32,000 bases of DNA from Acaryochloris marina S15 (GCF_018336915.1 NZ_CP064923.1:750001-782000); one strand, 5' to 3'. Shown: positions 1 to 8,689, counted from the stretch's first letter. Translations and numbers: made by a program. Notes: generated from the sequence alone by a model not told the origin.

Positions 1-491
1 AGTGGGAAATTGCAATTCAGGGTCACTTGCTTACGAAAAAGTTGGCTACATATCTATTTGAAGAGAAAGTAGAATCTTACTTTGCTGAAAGGCGACTAAA
101 TTTTGATCGTTTTGTAATTTATCAAATTAGTGTTGACTGTCAAAAATTTGCTCAAGAATTATTTTATCAAATTGAAGAAGAAGAAATTAGTTTTTATGAA
201 GCAGCTCATCTTTATGATCTTGATGAAAGAGCTCGCTCTCTTTGCGGTTATACAGGTGAGACAAACCGCTTAAGTTTCTCTCCAGGTATTGCTGCAGCTA
301 TTTTTCAAGATCCTTTACCAATAGGAGTTTTGCTAGGGCCAATTCAAACAGAAGAAGTGCATCATCTGGTAAGGATTGAAAAATATATACCTGCAGATTT
401 AACACCCATTGTAAGGCAAGAAATTCTCGATAGCTTATTTGAAGAGTGGATTAGTAAAGAATTAAATTATATTATTAATATGCAACAATAA
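1..491 (+). CDS. PpiC/parvulin-type peptidyl-prolyl isomerase-like protein, C-terminal part (5' end lies outside the window)
   Basis: The reading frame is open from base 3 (WEIAIQGHLLTKK...), so the listed TTG at 27 is probably internal. FVIYQIS..ISFYEAAHLYDLDE..GYTGE..FSPGIAAAIF..GPIQTEEVHHLVRIE follows the parvulin pattern (HILV..A..yS.D..GG.lG.f..f..a.F..Pv.t.fG.H.i), but the first His position is substituted. Stop TAA at 489-491. Confidence 0.45.
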   Translation, partial: WEIAIQGHLLTKKLATYLFEEKVESYFAERRLNFDRFVIYQISVDCQKFAQELFYQIEEEEISFYEAAHLYDLDERARSLCGYTGETNRLSFSPGIAAAIFQDPLPIGVLLGPIQTEEVHHLVRIEKYIPADLTPIVRQEILDSLFEEWISKELNYIINMQQ

Positions 492-538
492 AAACATAAT
501 GAATCACATAATCTAAAATACTAGAGCATTAAATATTT

Positions 539-3500
539 TTATAATTCTAATTGTTGCTGAGCTAAGTAGAAATAAAGTCCTTGTTGTTGAATTAACTCTT
601 CATGAGTGCCTTTCTCAACGAGAATCCCTTTATCTAGAACAATGATACAGTCAGCGTTGCGTACTGTTGAAAGTCGATGGGCAATAATAAAAGTTGTCCG
701 TTCTCGTGCTAAACGCTTTAAATTTTCTTGAAATCTTCGTTCTGATTCAGTGTCAAGAGAGCTGGTTGCCTCATCGAAGATTAGTATAGGTGGCTTCTCA
801 AGTAAAGCTCTGGCAATTGCAATTCTTTGTCTTTGTCCCCCCGAAAGATTAGTACCCCATTCACCTACTTTGGTACTATATCCGAGAGGAAAAGCCTGAA
901 TAAAAGCATGCGCTTCTGCAAGCTTAGCAGTGTCAATAGCTTGCTCTAGACTAAATTTGGGCTGGTGGAGTGTAATATTTTCTAGGATTGTTCCCGAGAA
1001 TAAAAAACACTCTTGTGGTACTACTCCTAGTTGGGAGCGGAGCGATTTAAGTGATAAATGGTTGAGATCGTGTCCATCAATCCAAATTTGACCACTGGTC
1101 GGTTGGTATAGACCTTGAAGTAATTTGACTAAAGTACTTTTTCCTGAGCCACTACGTCCAACTATTGCCAAAGTTTGTCCTTTCTTGACTTCAAAAGAGA
1201 TGTTTTGAAGAGCATTCCTCTCTTCTTCTGATTCGTAACGAAAACTGATATTATCAAATCGAATATTTCCTTCTATGTTTGGTAGAGCTGTAGAAGATTT
1301 TTGTGATTTCTCCTCAGGTTGGTAATCAAAGATATCATTTAACTTTTCGACGGAAATTAAAACTTCTTGCAATTCATCCCATAGCCCTACAAGTGTAATG
1401 AAAGGACTAATAACATGGCCTTTCATCATGCTAAAAGCAACATATTGACCTATGGTTAGTTGATCTTGGATGACTAAAGTAGCCCCGTACCAAAGTAAAG
1501 CTGTTCCACCAATCGTATTAATTAAGCCACTGAGCACTCCTAAGTGAATGGCAAGTTTTTGGCCTTTGAATTGTATATTGAGCTGATGGGTTAATTTATC
1601 TTCCCAACGCCAGCGGAATTCTTGTTCTACAGCGACAGATTTAACTGTGGATATACCCGATAGCATTTCGACTAACGTAGAGTTCTCATCTGCTGTAGCA
1701 TTAAACTCTTCACGAGAAATCTTACGAAGTAAAGGTGTTGAAACCAAGGTGAGAACTACAATAGGAGGGATAATGGCTAATACTAAAACTGTGAGCTGCC
1801 AGTTGTAGTAAAGCATCAAACATAGATAGATAATTCCAGTCACTAAATCTAGCCAAGATAGCAATACCTGCCCGATTAGGAATTGTTGAATCTTTTCATT
1901 TTCCTGAACCCGCGTAATGATGTCGCCTACTCTGCGCGATTCAAAAAATTTAATCGGTAAATTGAGAGTATGCCTAATCAAGCCGCTAATCAATGTTAGA
2001 TCTAGTCGATTAGCAAAGTAGTTTAGTAAATATGTACGAACGGCACTTAATCCCATCCCTGCAATGCCAAACAGCAGAGCTCCAACAATCATGACATTGA
2101 GTGTCGTTTGGCTTTTGCTGACTACAATCTGATCCAGTATTATTTGGGTGAATAGAGGTGAAATAATACCAAAAATCTGAATCAAAATTGAAGCAAGAAT
2201 AATCTGTAGCCCTAAAGTGCGATAGGGCAATAGTAGATTGAAGAATCTAACTAAAGATCGCTTTTCCCCGGGGACTGTATATAGTTGCTCTGTAGGATCA
2301 AGGAGAAGCGCAAAACCTGTCCAACTCGCTACAAATTTTCGGCGTGATATCCGGTATTTGCCTTTAGCTGGATCAGCAACTAGAACCTGATCTCCTTTAA
2401 TCCAGTAAACAACAATAAAGTGATCCCCTTCCCAATGTGCAATCCAAGGATTGGTTTGATCCACTAAACGATTTAAACTTGCCCGTACGGGGCGGGCATG
2501 GTAACCAAGGGATTCTGCAGTACTAGCTAAATTCTTTAAAGAAGTACCTGATCGCCATACACCAGTTATTTCTCTCAACCAGCTAATACTAAAACGCTTG
2601 CCCCAGTACTGGCTAATCATCGCCAAACAAGCAACCCCACAGTCCGAAGAACTTTGCTGCTCGATAAACGGATAAGCTTTCCATAAAGTTCGGCGAGGTT
2701 TTAGCGGTTTAGGAAAATCAACCTGTTGTGGATTATCTACATTCTCTGCAGCGGGGAATTGCTTTGTCTGATCCTTGATTTTCCTCGGTGGGGTGGAACG
2801 AACTAGATTTCGCTTCCAGGATTTAGTTCGGTCAGTGTTGTAAATTTTTTGAGGATTAGAATTTGAGTTTGTGGTGGGTGATTGATGACTTTCTTGAACT
2901 AGCAATGTCAGTTGAGGAGCGATGGCTGTGGCAGCTTCCCAATCTTCTTGAGGAAGTTGATATATGAGTAGCTCAGTTTTGCTAAAGCTATTGATTTCAG
3001 TCGTTTCTGGATAACCCCAAGTGAAGCCAGGATGGGAGCTTTGATCTTGGATTTGACCTTGCTGTAGCCAAAAACGACCCAGTTTGGCAGGGGCTAAATT
3101 GGCAACAGCTTTACCTGGGAGTATTTTCTTCTCAACCACATATGAACAAAATTGCTCTAATTTATGGGTAGGTAGCCTATTTAAGCTTGTAAGAGTTTTA
3201 AAGAAAATTAAGCACTGTCGAGCTTGAATAGTCTCAGCTAAATGGTGTTGTAATTTTGGCAACTTCGCTAGAAAAGGGTGTAGTACTTGAAAAGGAATCT
3301 TTGCGATCTTTACTTCACTAGCAGCAAAAGCTTGGTAAGGTAAACTAGCTTCGCGATAGTTAGAGTCGCCTCCAAAAAAACTACCCTCTTGCAATAATTG
3401 AATGGATAAATTTTGATGTTGTTCAGAGTCAGTGCTTACAAGCCTAATTCTTCCTTGAATTATAATATATAGGTCTTGGTAATCATTTTTGGCTGGAGTT

Positions 3501-3754
3501 GAGGCTTCGTGGATATTATGAATAATATCTCCAAGCTGCAGTTCAATTGCTTCAAATTTTTTGCATAACTCACTGATGACAGTATTTGAGTCTGAGATGT
3601 CACATATTGTAGATAAAAAGCTAGGTAGCTTAGGTAGCTTATCTGAGGCTTGAAAATGATGATTCTTGTCTGGGATACTTAAGTTATCCATCTTGGTTTT
3701 ATTATTCAGTTTTATTTGTGCTAATGATTTTGTTTTTTGGTCATTTTGTCCCAT
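539..3754 (-). CDS. HetC-like ABC exporter: tandem cNMP-binding-like domains + C39 peptidase + ABC membrane domain + ATPase
   Basis: 1071-aa ORF. cNMP-like beta-barrel around aa 70-180 ([19 protein letters not shown]) and a second degenerate copy around aa 190-290. C39 motifs: [15 protein letters not shown] (Cys372), GDHFIVV (His445), LVADP (Asp461). Walker [10 protein letters not shown], signature [14 protein letters not shown], Walker [14 protein letters not shown]-loop IIAHRLS. The start is ambiguous: ATG 3754 overlaps the upstream gene by 34 nt, while ATG 3691 (MDNLS..) leaves a 29-nt gap. Confidence 0.9.
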   Translation of the reverse strand: MGQNDQKTKSLAQIKLNNKTKMDNLSIPDKNHHFQASDKLPKLPSFLSTICDISDSNTVISELCKKFEAIELQLGDIIHNIHEASTPAKNDYQDLYIIIQGRIRLVSTDSEQHQNLSIQLLQEGSFFGGDSNYREASLPYQAFAASEVKIAKIPFQVLHPFLAKLPKLQHHLAETIQARQCLIFFKTLTSLNRLPTHKLEQFCSYVVEKKILPGKAVANLAPAKLGRFWLQQGQIQDQSSHPGFTWGYPETTEINSFSKTELLIYQLPQEDWEAATAIAPQLTLLVQESHQSPTTNSNSNPQKIYNTDRTKSWKRNLVRSTPPRKIKDQTKQFPAAENVDNPQQVDFPKPLKPRRTLWKAYPFIEQQSSSDCGVACLAMISQYWGKRFSISWLREITGVWRSGTSLKNLASTAESLGYHARPVRASLNRLVDQTNPWIAHWEGDHFIVVYWIKGDQVLVADPAKGKYRISRRKFVASWTGFALLLDPTEQLYTVPGEKRSLVRFFNLLLPYRTLGLQIILASILIQIFGIISPLFTQIILDQIVVSKSQTTLNVMIVGALLFGIAGMGLSAVRTYLLNYFANRLDLTLISGLIRHTLNLPIKFFESRRVGDIITRVQENEKIQQFLIGQVLLSWLDLVTGIIYLCLMLYYNWQLTVLVLAIIPPIVVLTLVSTPLLRKISREEFNATADENSTLVEMLSGISTVKSVAVEQEFRWRWEDKLTHQLNIQFKGQKLAIHLGVLSGLINTIGGTALLWYGATLVIQDQLTIGQYVAFSMMKGHVISPFITLVGLWDELQEVLISVEKLNDIFDYQPEEKSQKSSTALPNIEGNIRFDNISFRYESEEERNALQNISFEVKKGQTLAIVGRSGSGKSTLVKLLQGLYQPTSGQIWIDGHDLNHLSLKSLRSQLGVVPQECFLFSGTILENITLHQPKFSLEQAIDTAKLAEAHAFIQAFPLGYSTKVGEWGTNLSGGQRQRIAIARALLEKPPILIFDEATSSLDTESERRFQENLKRLARERTTFIIAHRLSTVRNADCIIVLDKGILVEKGTHEELIQQQGLYFYLAQQQLEL

Positions 3755-4140
3755 AGAAAAAGATAGTTTTTCCCTAGCCAGTTATTGCTTTCTCCACCGG
3801 TCACTTGTGTTGATGTTTCTCGAACATCCTCTAAGTATTCAAGGTCTTGCAAGTATCTCGATGAGTTTGACTGGGATATTAGTGAACTAGGCTCAAATTC
3901 TGTACAGCTTGCTTTATCTTGAGGTATTTGATAACCCAGCATGCTTTCTTTTTTGATTAATCTGTTGTAAGTGCGATAAGGAATATAGTGTAGTGGGTTG
4001 TATCCCACAAAACGCAGCATTAAGACGCAGGCCCAGGAATATTTTCCCATTAGTATGGCTTCAATCACTTGATTGAATTGTTCATAAGTGATTTGCTTGT
4101 CAAAATCAGCGCCAGAGTGAGTTGATAAGTTATGGTTCAT
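3721..4140 (-). CDS. hetP: HetP-family protein (heterocyst-commitment protein family) with a divergent C-terminal tail
   Basis: The N-terminal block [44 protein letters not shown] matches, from memory, the conserved HetP core (..[34 protein letters not shown]..). ATG start at 4140. The C-terminal half is low-complexity/acidic and ends ..[28 protein letters not shown]. Confidence 0.75.
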   Translation of the reverse strand: MNHNLSTHSGADFDKQITYEQFNQVIEAILMGKYSWACVLMLRFVGYNPLHYIPYRTYNRLIKKESMLGYQIPQDKASCTEFEPSSLISQSNSSRYLQDLEYLEDVRETSTQVTGGESNNWLGKNYLFLWDKMTKKQNH

Positions 4141-4528
4141 TTTTTAAATCTCATTAGTTGATAAATCGGCTTTGTAATTGAAATTTTATGATCCTACAGA
4201 TACTTATTCCTAGAGAAGTAATTCAATTTTATGATGTATTTTTGATAGAGCATTGATTCTTTCATCTTGTTTTTCTGCTTAACCGATGGTTTTTTGAAGT
4301 GTATTTATTTTTTGTGAAAAGTAGATTTTGAGCTAATGAAAAAAGTTTTATTTTTGTGGTAGGTTGGAATGATTCGCTTTAATGGTTTTTACCTTGATTG
4401 ATAGATTGGTTGTTTGTGTTTTATAGATTAAAACGAAATGTAATCGAGATCTATTCAGTATCAAGAGATGACCGAAAAATAAGATTTATCTTGTTCGTTA
4501 TTATAGAGACTAAAAGATTTAAGCAATA

Positions 4529-6115
4529 CTAATTTTTCGTATTGCCGTTCTTTAACTGTTTTATTGGATCTAATAAAACGTCTATAACACGACGCTGACG
4601 AATAATAATATTGGCTGTTGCTGATTGGCCAGGTCTGAATTTGATTTTCTTATTGTTGTCTACGATATGATTCCGCTCTAATTCAACTTCAACTTGATAA
4701 ACATTTCCTAGGGTCTGATCAGATTTTGAGTCTGCCGAAATTGATGTTACCTTGCCTGGAATCACTCCGTAATCTTGATATGAATAGGCATCAAATTTGA
4801 CTTTTGCAGGTTGATTTTTTTTGATAAATCCTGCTTCTTTATTCGGTAATACTGCAGAAATTACTAAAGGAGTGTTGTGAGGTGCAATTTCAGCTACGGT
4901 TTGACCTGAATTTACTACCTTACCTTTATTCTTTAAATTGAAGGATAAAACAATGCCATCAATTGGTGCTTTAAGAAGTTTTTGGTCTAGGGTAGCTTTG
5001 GCTTTGAGTATTAGATTTTTTGTTTCAGATACTCTAGTTTTATTCTGAGTAGTTTCTAGTTTGAGCTGATCAATTTTTTGGTATGCTTCTAGCTTTAATC
5101 GCGTTCTTTCTGCTTTATTCCGATTTAAATCTGCTTGTAGTTGCTCAACCCGTTGATAAGCCGAATATATCTCTCCTTGATCTTGTGTCATTTTTGCCGC
5201 GAGCGTTCGCATCGATTGCTCATTTTGAAAGATCTGCTGGCTGACACTAGTAATGTCTTGTAATTTACTTTCTGTTATCTGATTCTGAACTTGACTAAGG
5301 TTTTGATTTGCTTGGAAGACCAATTCACTAGAGATGGCACCTTGCTTTTCCAAAGATTTTAACTTCTTCACGCGACCTTGATTTGATTTGAGATCTAGCT
5401 CTAGTTGCTTAACTCGAGATTTTGATAAGTTTGACAAGAGCTTTAAGCGTTTATGCCTGGCATTGTACGCATTGAGTTCTTGCTTTTGCTGTATTAGTAA
5501 CTGAAGCAAAGTTTCTGCCTTGTCTTCAGCTGATTTAATAGCAGACTCTTGACCTAAATTCTCTGATGTAGCAATTCGTTGATGAGTTTGAGCTTCTAAG
5601 TAGACTTTGTTGAGAAGAGATTGTTTTTGCTTCAGTTCTTGTTGGTAGTCAGATAGCATTTGTTCCAATCGTCTGACTTCTTTTTTATCTATAGAAGTAT
5701 CTAGTTCAGCGATTATCTGTCCAGCGGTAACTATTTCTCCTTCTTTAACCGCAATTCGACTGACTTTACCTATTGCAATAGACTCAACCTTATATGTCTC
5801 ACCTTTCGGAACTAGCTTCCCTTTTGCTGTACCTATATCTTCTATTTTTCCCAGCCAAGCCCATCCGAGAAAAGCCAGCAAAAATACCATGCCGCCCACA
5901 ATGATTCGAAGAGGCATCTCTGCTGGAGGCTGGTCTAGTAGTGATTGTAGAGATGAAGACCAATCGATGATGTCATTGTTTTTGTATTCAAAATTGTGGA
6001 TATTAGGCTGATTTAAGCTTGAGCTTTGATCGATTTTGTTACCTAATTCTTGATCAGAAATAGTCAAACCTTTGCCCCCAAAACCTTTTTTATGAAAAAA
6101 TTGCTCTGCTGCCAA
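4529..6115 (-). CDS. HlyD-family membrane fusion (periplasmic adaptor) protein
   Basis: Single TM LRIIVGGMVFLLAFLGWAWLG, lipoyl-like hairpin GKVSRIAVKEGEIVTAGQIIAELD, a coiled-coil of roughly 230 aa rich in Q/K/E/L, and a C-terminal barrel APIDGIVLSFNLKNKGKVVNSGQTVAEIAP. The listed start is TTG (6115); there is no in-frame ATG until Met67, so the start is uncertain. Confidence 0.85.
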   Translation of the reverse strand: MAAEQFFHKKGFGGKGLTISDQELGNKIDQSSSLNQPNIHNFEYKNNDIIDWSSSLQSLLDQPPAEMPLRIIVGGMVFLLAFLGWAWLGKIEDIGTAKGKLVPKGETYKVESIAIGKVSRIAVKEGEIVTAGQIIAELDTSIDKKEVRRLEQMLSDYQQELKQKQSLLNKVYLEAQTHQRIATSENLGQESAIKSAEDKAETLLQLLIQQKQELNAYNARHKRLKLLSNLSKSRVKQLELDLKSNQGRVKKLKSLEKQGAISSELVFQANQNLSQVQNQITESKLQDITSVSQQIFQNEQSMRTLAAKMTQDQGEIYSAYQRVEQLQADLNRNKAERTRLKLEAYQKIDQLKLETTQNKTRVSETKNLILKAKATLDQKLLKAPIDGIVLSFNLKNKGKVVNSGQTVAEIAPHNTPLVISAVLPNKEAGFIKKNQPAKVKFDAYSYQDYGVIPGKVTSISADSKSDQTLGNVYQVEVELERNHIVDNNKKIKFRPGQSATANIIIRQRRVIDVLLDPIKQLKNGNTKN

Positions 6116-6260
6116 GCAGATATTTCATCAAAATGTACTTATTTTAGTCTGAAAATGATTTAAATCTATGAAAAATTTAACAGTTTCTTTTGATCTTTGT
6201 TGTTGGACATTTGTTCATAGAATAGCACTCAAAAAAATTTTAAAAACTGTAATTTAAGTA

Positions 6261-6295
6261 GAGTAAGTTAGAAGATTGCTGCTTCTAACTTACTC
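6261..6295. other. Perfect inverted repeat (14-bp stem, 7-nt loop): possible terminator/attenuator hairpin
   Basis: GAGTAAGTTAGAAG (6261-6274), attgctg, CTTCTAACTTACTC (6282-6295) are exact reverse complements. It lies 146-180 bp upstream of the hlyD-like start and 3 nt downstream of a 29-codon plus-strand ORF. T-rich sequence follows on both strands, though not immediately. Confidence 0.5.
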
Positions 6296-6724
6296 CTTAA
6301 GTGTTTGTTTAAAGACACATCGTGACTAAAGAAAAAAACCTTTATAGACTTTATTTTTTTATCACTAGTGTTTGAGAAATTGTTATCCGCTTTAGGATAT
6401 AAATTGTTAGACAGCACTATCTGACAATCCTATATTTTTCCGTATAAGTCTCAGAAAATCTATAAGCACTGCCACGTTTAATGTTGAGGCTGATATCTCT
6501 ATATTAGTTAGAGTTAATGCATGCTCTAGTACTCTCTAGATAATTTGTATGGATAATATCCTCTAAATGCTTAAATCTCATTCAAAAAATGCGAATGACT
6601 TATACCCAGTTTTTACAGGCATAGAATCTAGTTTTAGTTATTTATCAAGAGCTTTGATAACTCTTAGCCTCTTTATCACTATTTGAGTGAAAAGCTAAAA
6701 ATTTGATTGTTTGAGTTTTGACTT

Positions 6725-6769
6725 GGGGAAGATTTTTTGGGGAGCAGTTGATTAGGGGGAATCTGTGGG
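6725..6769 (+). repeat. Cluster of four G-runs (GGGG, GGGG, GGGGG, GGG) within very AT-rich DNA
   Basis: G-runs at 6725-6728, 6739-6742, 6755-6759 and 6767-6769, separated by 10, 12 and 7 nt. The first three are each preceded by a T-rich stretch (ttgacttGGGGA / attttttGGGGA / ttgattaGGGGGA). Confidence 0.4.
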
Positions 6770-7817
6770 CTTAAGAATATTCGAACTTAGAAAATTCTTG
6801 GTTCATGTATCAAGTAGACTAAAAAATTATTTCTAATCTGTCTGTTGTGAGCCCATAGATGAATCATATCTAGCTAGGATTGATATTTTTTTTGCTTTAC
6901 CAAACACATTTTGAATTTACCTTTTGTTTGAGTAATTGAATAGTTTCTCTTTACAAAAGTTATCTAGGTAATTTTATGTTTTATTGATGTCGTATATGTC
7001 TTTATTACTTTAAATGACTATAGATTATTATTCCTTTTTCAGTGCATATTAAAAGTTTTTATTACTTTCGTACTGCAAAATAGAGATTTTGTAAAATAAA
7101 ATTAATTATGTACAGTAACTTATTCTATCTTAAGTGCTTAGATCCTATAGATAGCAAGAACTTTAGAGGAATTAAAAGATTTTATACTAGTTATATATTG
7201 GAGGTTAGAGTCATTATCTAAAAATGATTTTATATATGAGGTAAGTTCTGATCTGAATCTGATGCTTCTTTAGACAGAGTGTGAAAATGTAATGCTTAAG
7301 GTAATTACAAGAATAATGTGATATGAGATGATTCGATTGATCAGATTAGGTTGATCGTTGATTTTTGAGTGAAACTATAATTTGAAAGAGAAATAAATCT
7401 CAATGGTAAATTTTGTTGATACTATCTAGCTCATGCTTGGTTTCTTTGTTGGTGATGGATGAGTTGTGTACTTCATGAAGTCGATAGGGAGATACTGTTG
7501 ACGGCTGATTAATCATTGCTATCTAAATATCTAAAATTTTATGAAGCCTATTTCAATAAGGCTTCTATATAAAATATAAATCTTTAATCTTGGCAATGTT
7601 TAATGCTTGAATTTAAGAGAAAAATAGCTTGAATTTGATTTATATATAGTCTTGTTTATGGGTTTATTGAGTCTTGCTTTTTATTTTTTTGTGATACTTA
7701 AAGGTCAATTAGAAACTAAGAATAGACTTTGTAGGTATCTATAAAGTCCGAGTTATTTCATTGATTAAAAATAATAATATTCTTGGCTTGAGAAAACTTT
7801 ATTGGAAAACTATGTGA

Positions 7818-8600
7818 TCACTGCTCTGTTTGTATTTTAGGATTTAATACCTGTTCTATAAAATGAGTAATGATTGATATGAAATTGTTCCGATTTTCCC
7901 AAGGTACACGATGTCCAGAATTGAGAATTATGCGATGAGTGATTGATGGACAATGATGAGCTAGCTTTTGCCCGATTTGGCAATATTTCTCGTCTTCTAC
8001 TCCTGATATATACAAAACAGGAATGTTTAAATTTTGTAAGTTAGAGAGAAGATTGAATTGATGTCCTTTGGAGAAATTCTGAAATGCTTTTGAGATTTTG
8101 AGCCGAGAATAGTCTTTTTCTAAGGCTGAATAGGAGGGCTGGCGTCCACAGAATACGGGTAGCGAATTCCACTCCTGTATTAGGTTGTCCCAATTATCAT
8201 GCAGCAATTGGATGCTCCATACGTTATCTTTTTTGAGACAGTTTCTGCGATCGCACTCCGATGTCAACCCCGAATCGGCACTAATAATGATGGCTCCTTG
8301 CCATAATTCAGGTTGGTGTAGCAGGGCATGAAACGCTAAACGTCCCCCCAGGGAATATCCCAGCAAAATACGAGACTTAAAGGCATGGGGGTGAACACGT
8401 TGACAAAATAATGCGGCCCATTCCTTTAAAGACTCTCCGGGACTGGCCCATAGATCTTCTAAGAAAATGGATAGGTTGAGTTCTGGGCTAACTGCTTGAT
8501 GCAGTTGTGTTGTGATTGGTTGCCATACTTTAGGGGTTTGGAGATTGCCATGAATCATCCATAACCCAACTTCAGACGGCACAATAGATTTTGGTGACAT
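7818..8600 (-). CDS. menH: Alpha/beta-hydrolase, MenH-like (SHCHC synthase-like)
   Basis: 260 aa. Nucleophile elbow GYSLGGR, acid residue in SGVEDEKY, His in NSGHRVPWEN. The overall motif order is collinear with E. coli MenH as I remember it (GYSLGGR..W..PVF..G..D.K..GH..H.E.P). ATG at 8600. Confidence 0.55.
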   Translation of the reverse strand: MSPKSIVPSEVGLWMIHGNLQTPKVWQPITTQLHQAVSPELNLSIFLEDLWASPGESLKEWAALFCQRVHPHAFKSRILLGYSLGGRLAFHALLHQPELWQGAIIISADSGLTSECDRRNCLKKDNVWSIQLLHDNWDNLIQEWNSLPVFCGRQPSYSALEKDYSRLKISKAFQNFSKGHQFNLLSNLQNLNIPVLYISGVEDEKYCQIGQKLAHHCPSITHRIILNSGHRVPWENRNNFISIITHFIEQVLNPKIQTEQ

Positions 8601-8689
8601 GATGCTCAGTATATGATTTCCCTAAGCCAAAAGAGGGGGCTGTTTCCTAACACGGGATATGGCTGGCTCTGCTAAAGATGTTCGATTAA

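Noticed and set aside
3666-3890. 74-aa plus-strand ORF across the hetP-like/hetC-like junction
   Set aside because: It is antisense to two recognisable genes, has no motifs and has a hydrophobic low-complexity composition. It is most likely a shadow ORF.
4141-7817. Search for a double-glycine-leader bacteriocin/NHLP/Nif11-type precursor ORF near the exporter
   Set aside because: I hand-translated the ATG-initiated small ORFs I could find in 6116-7817 on both strands, and in 4141-4528 on the minus strand plus two plus-strand ATGs. None contains a leader ending in GG/GA followed by a core peptide. Non-ATG starts were not searched exhaustively.
4141-7817. NtcA-type sites (GTA-N8-TAC), as expected for a hetC-like promoter
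   Set aside because: I checked every GTA I could find in both gaps. None is followed by TAC at the correct spacing, so no NtcA box is claimed.
6116-7817. Possible CRISPR array or tandem-repeat structure in the AT-rich spacer
   Set aside because: There are no regularly spaced direct repeats of 20 bp or more, only short low-complexity A/T words and the three GGGGA units reported separately.
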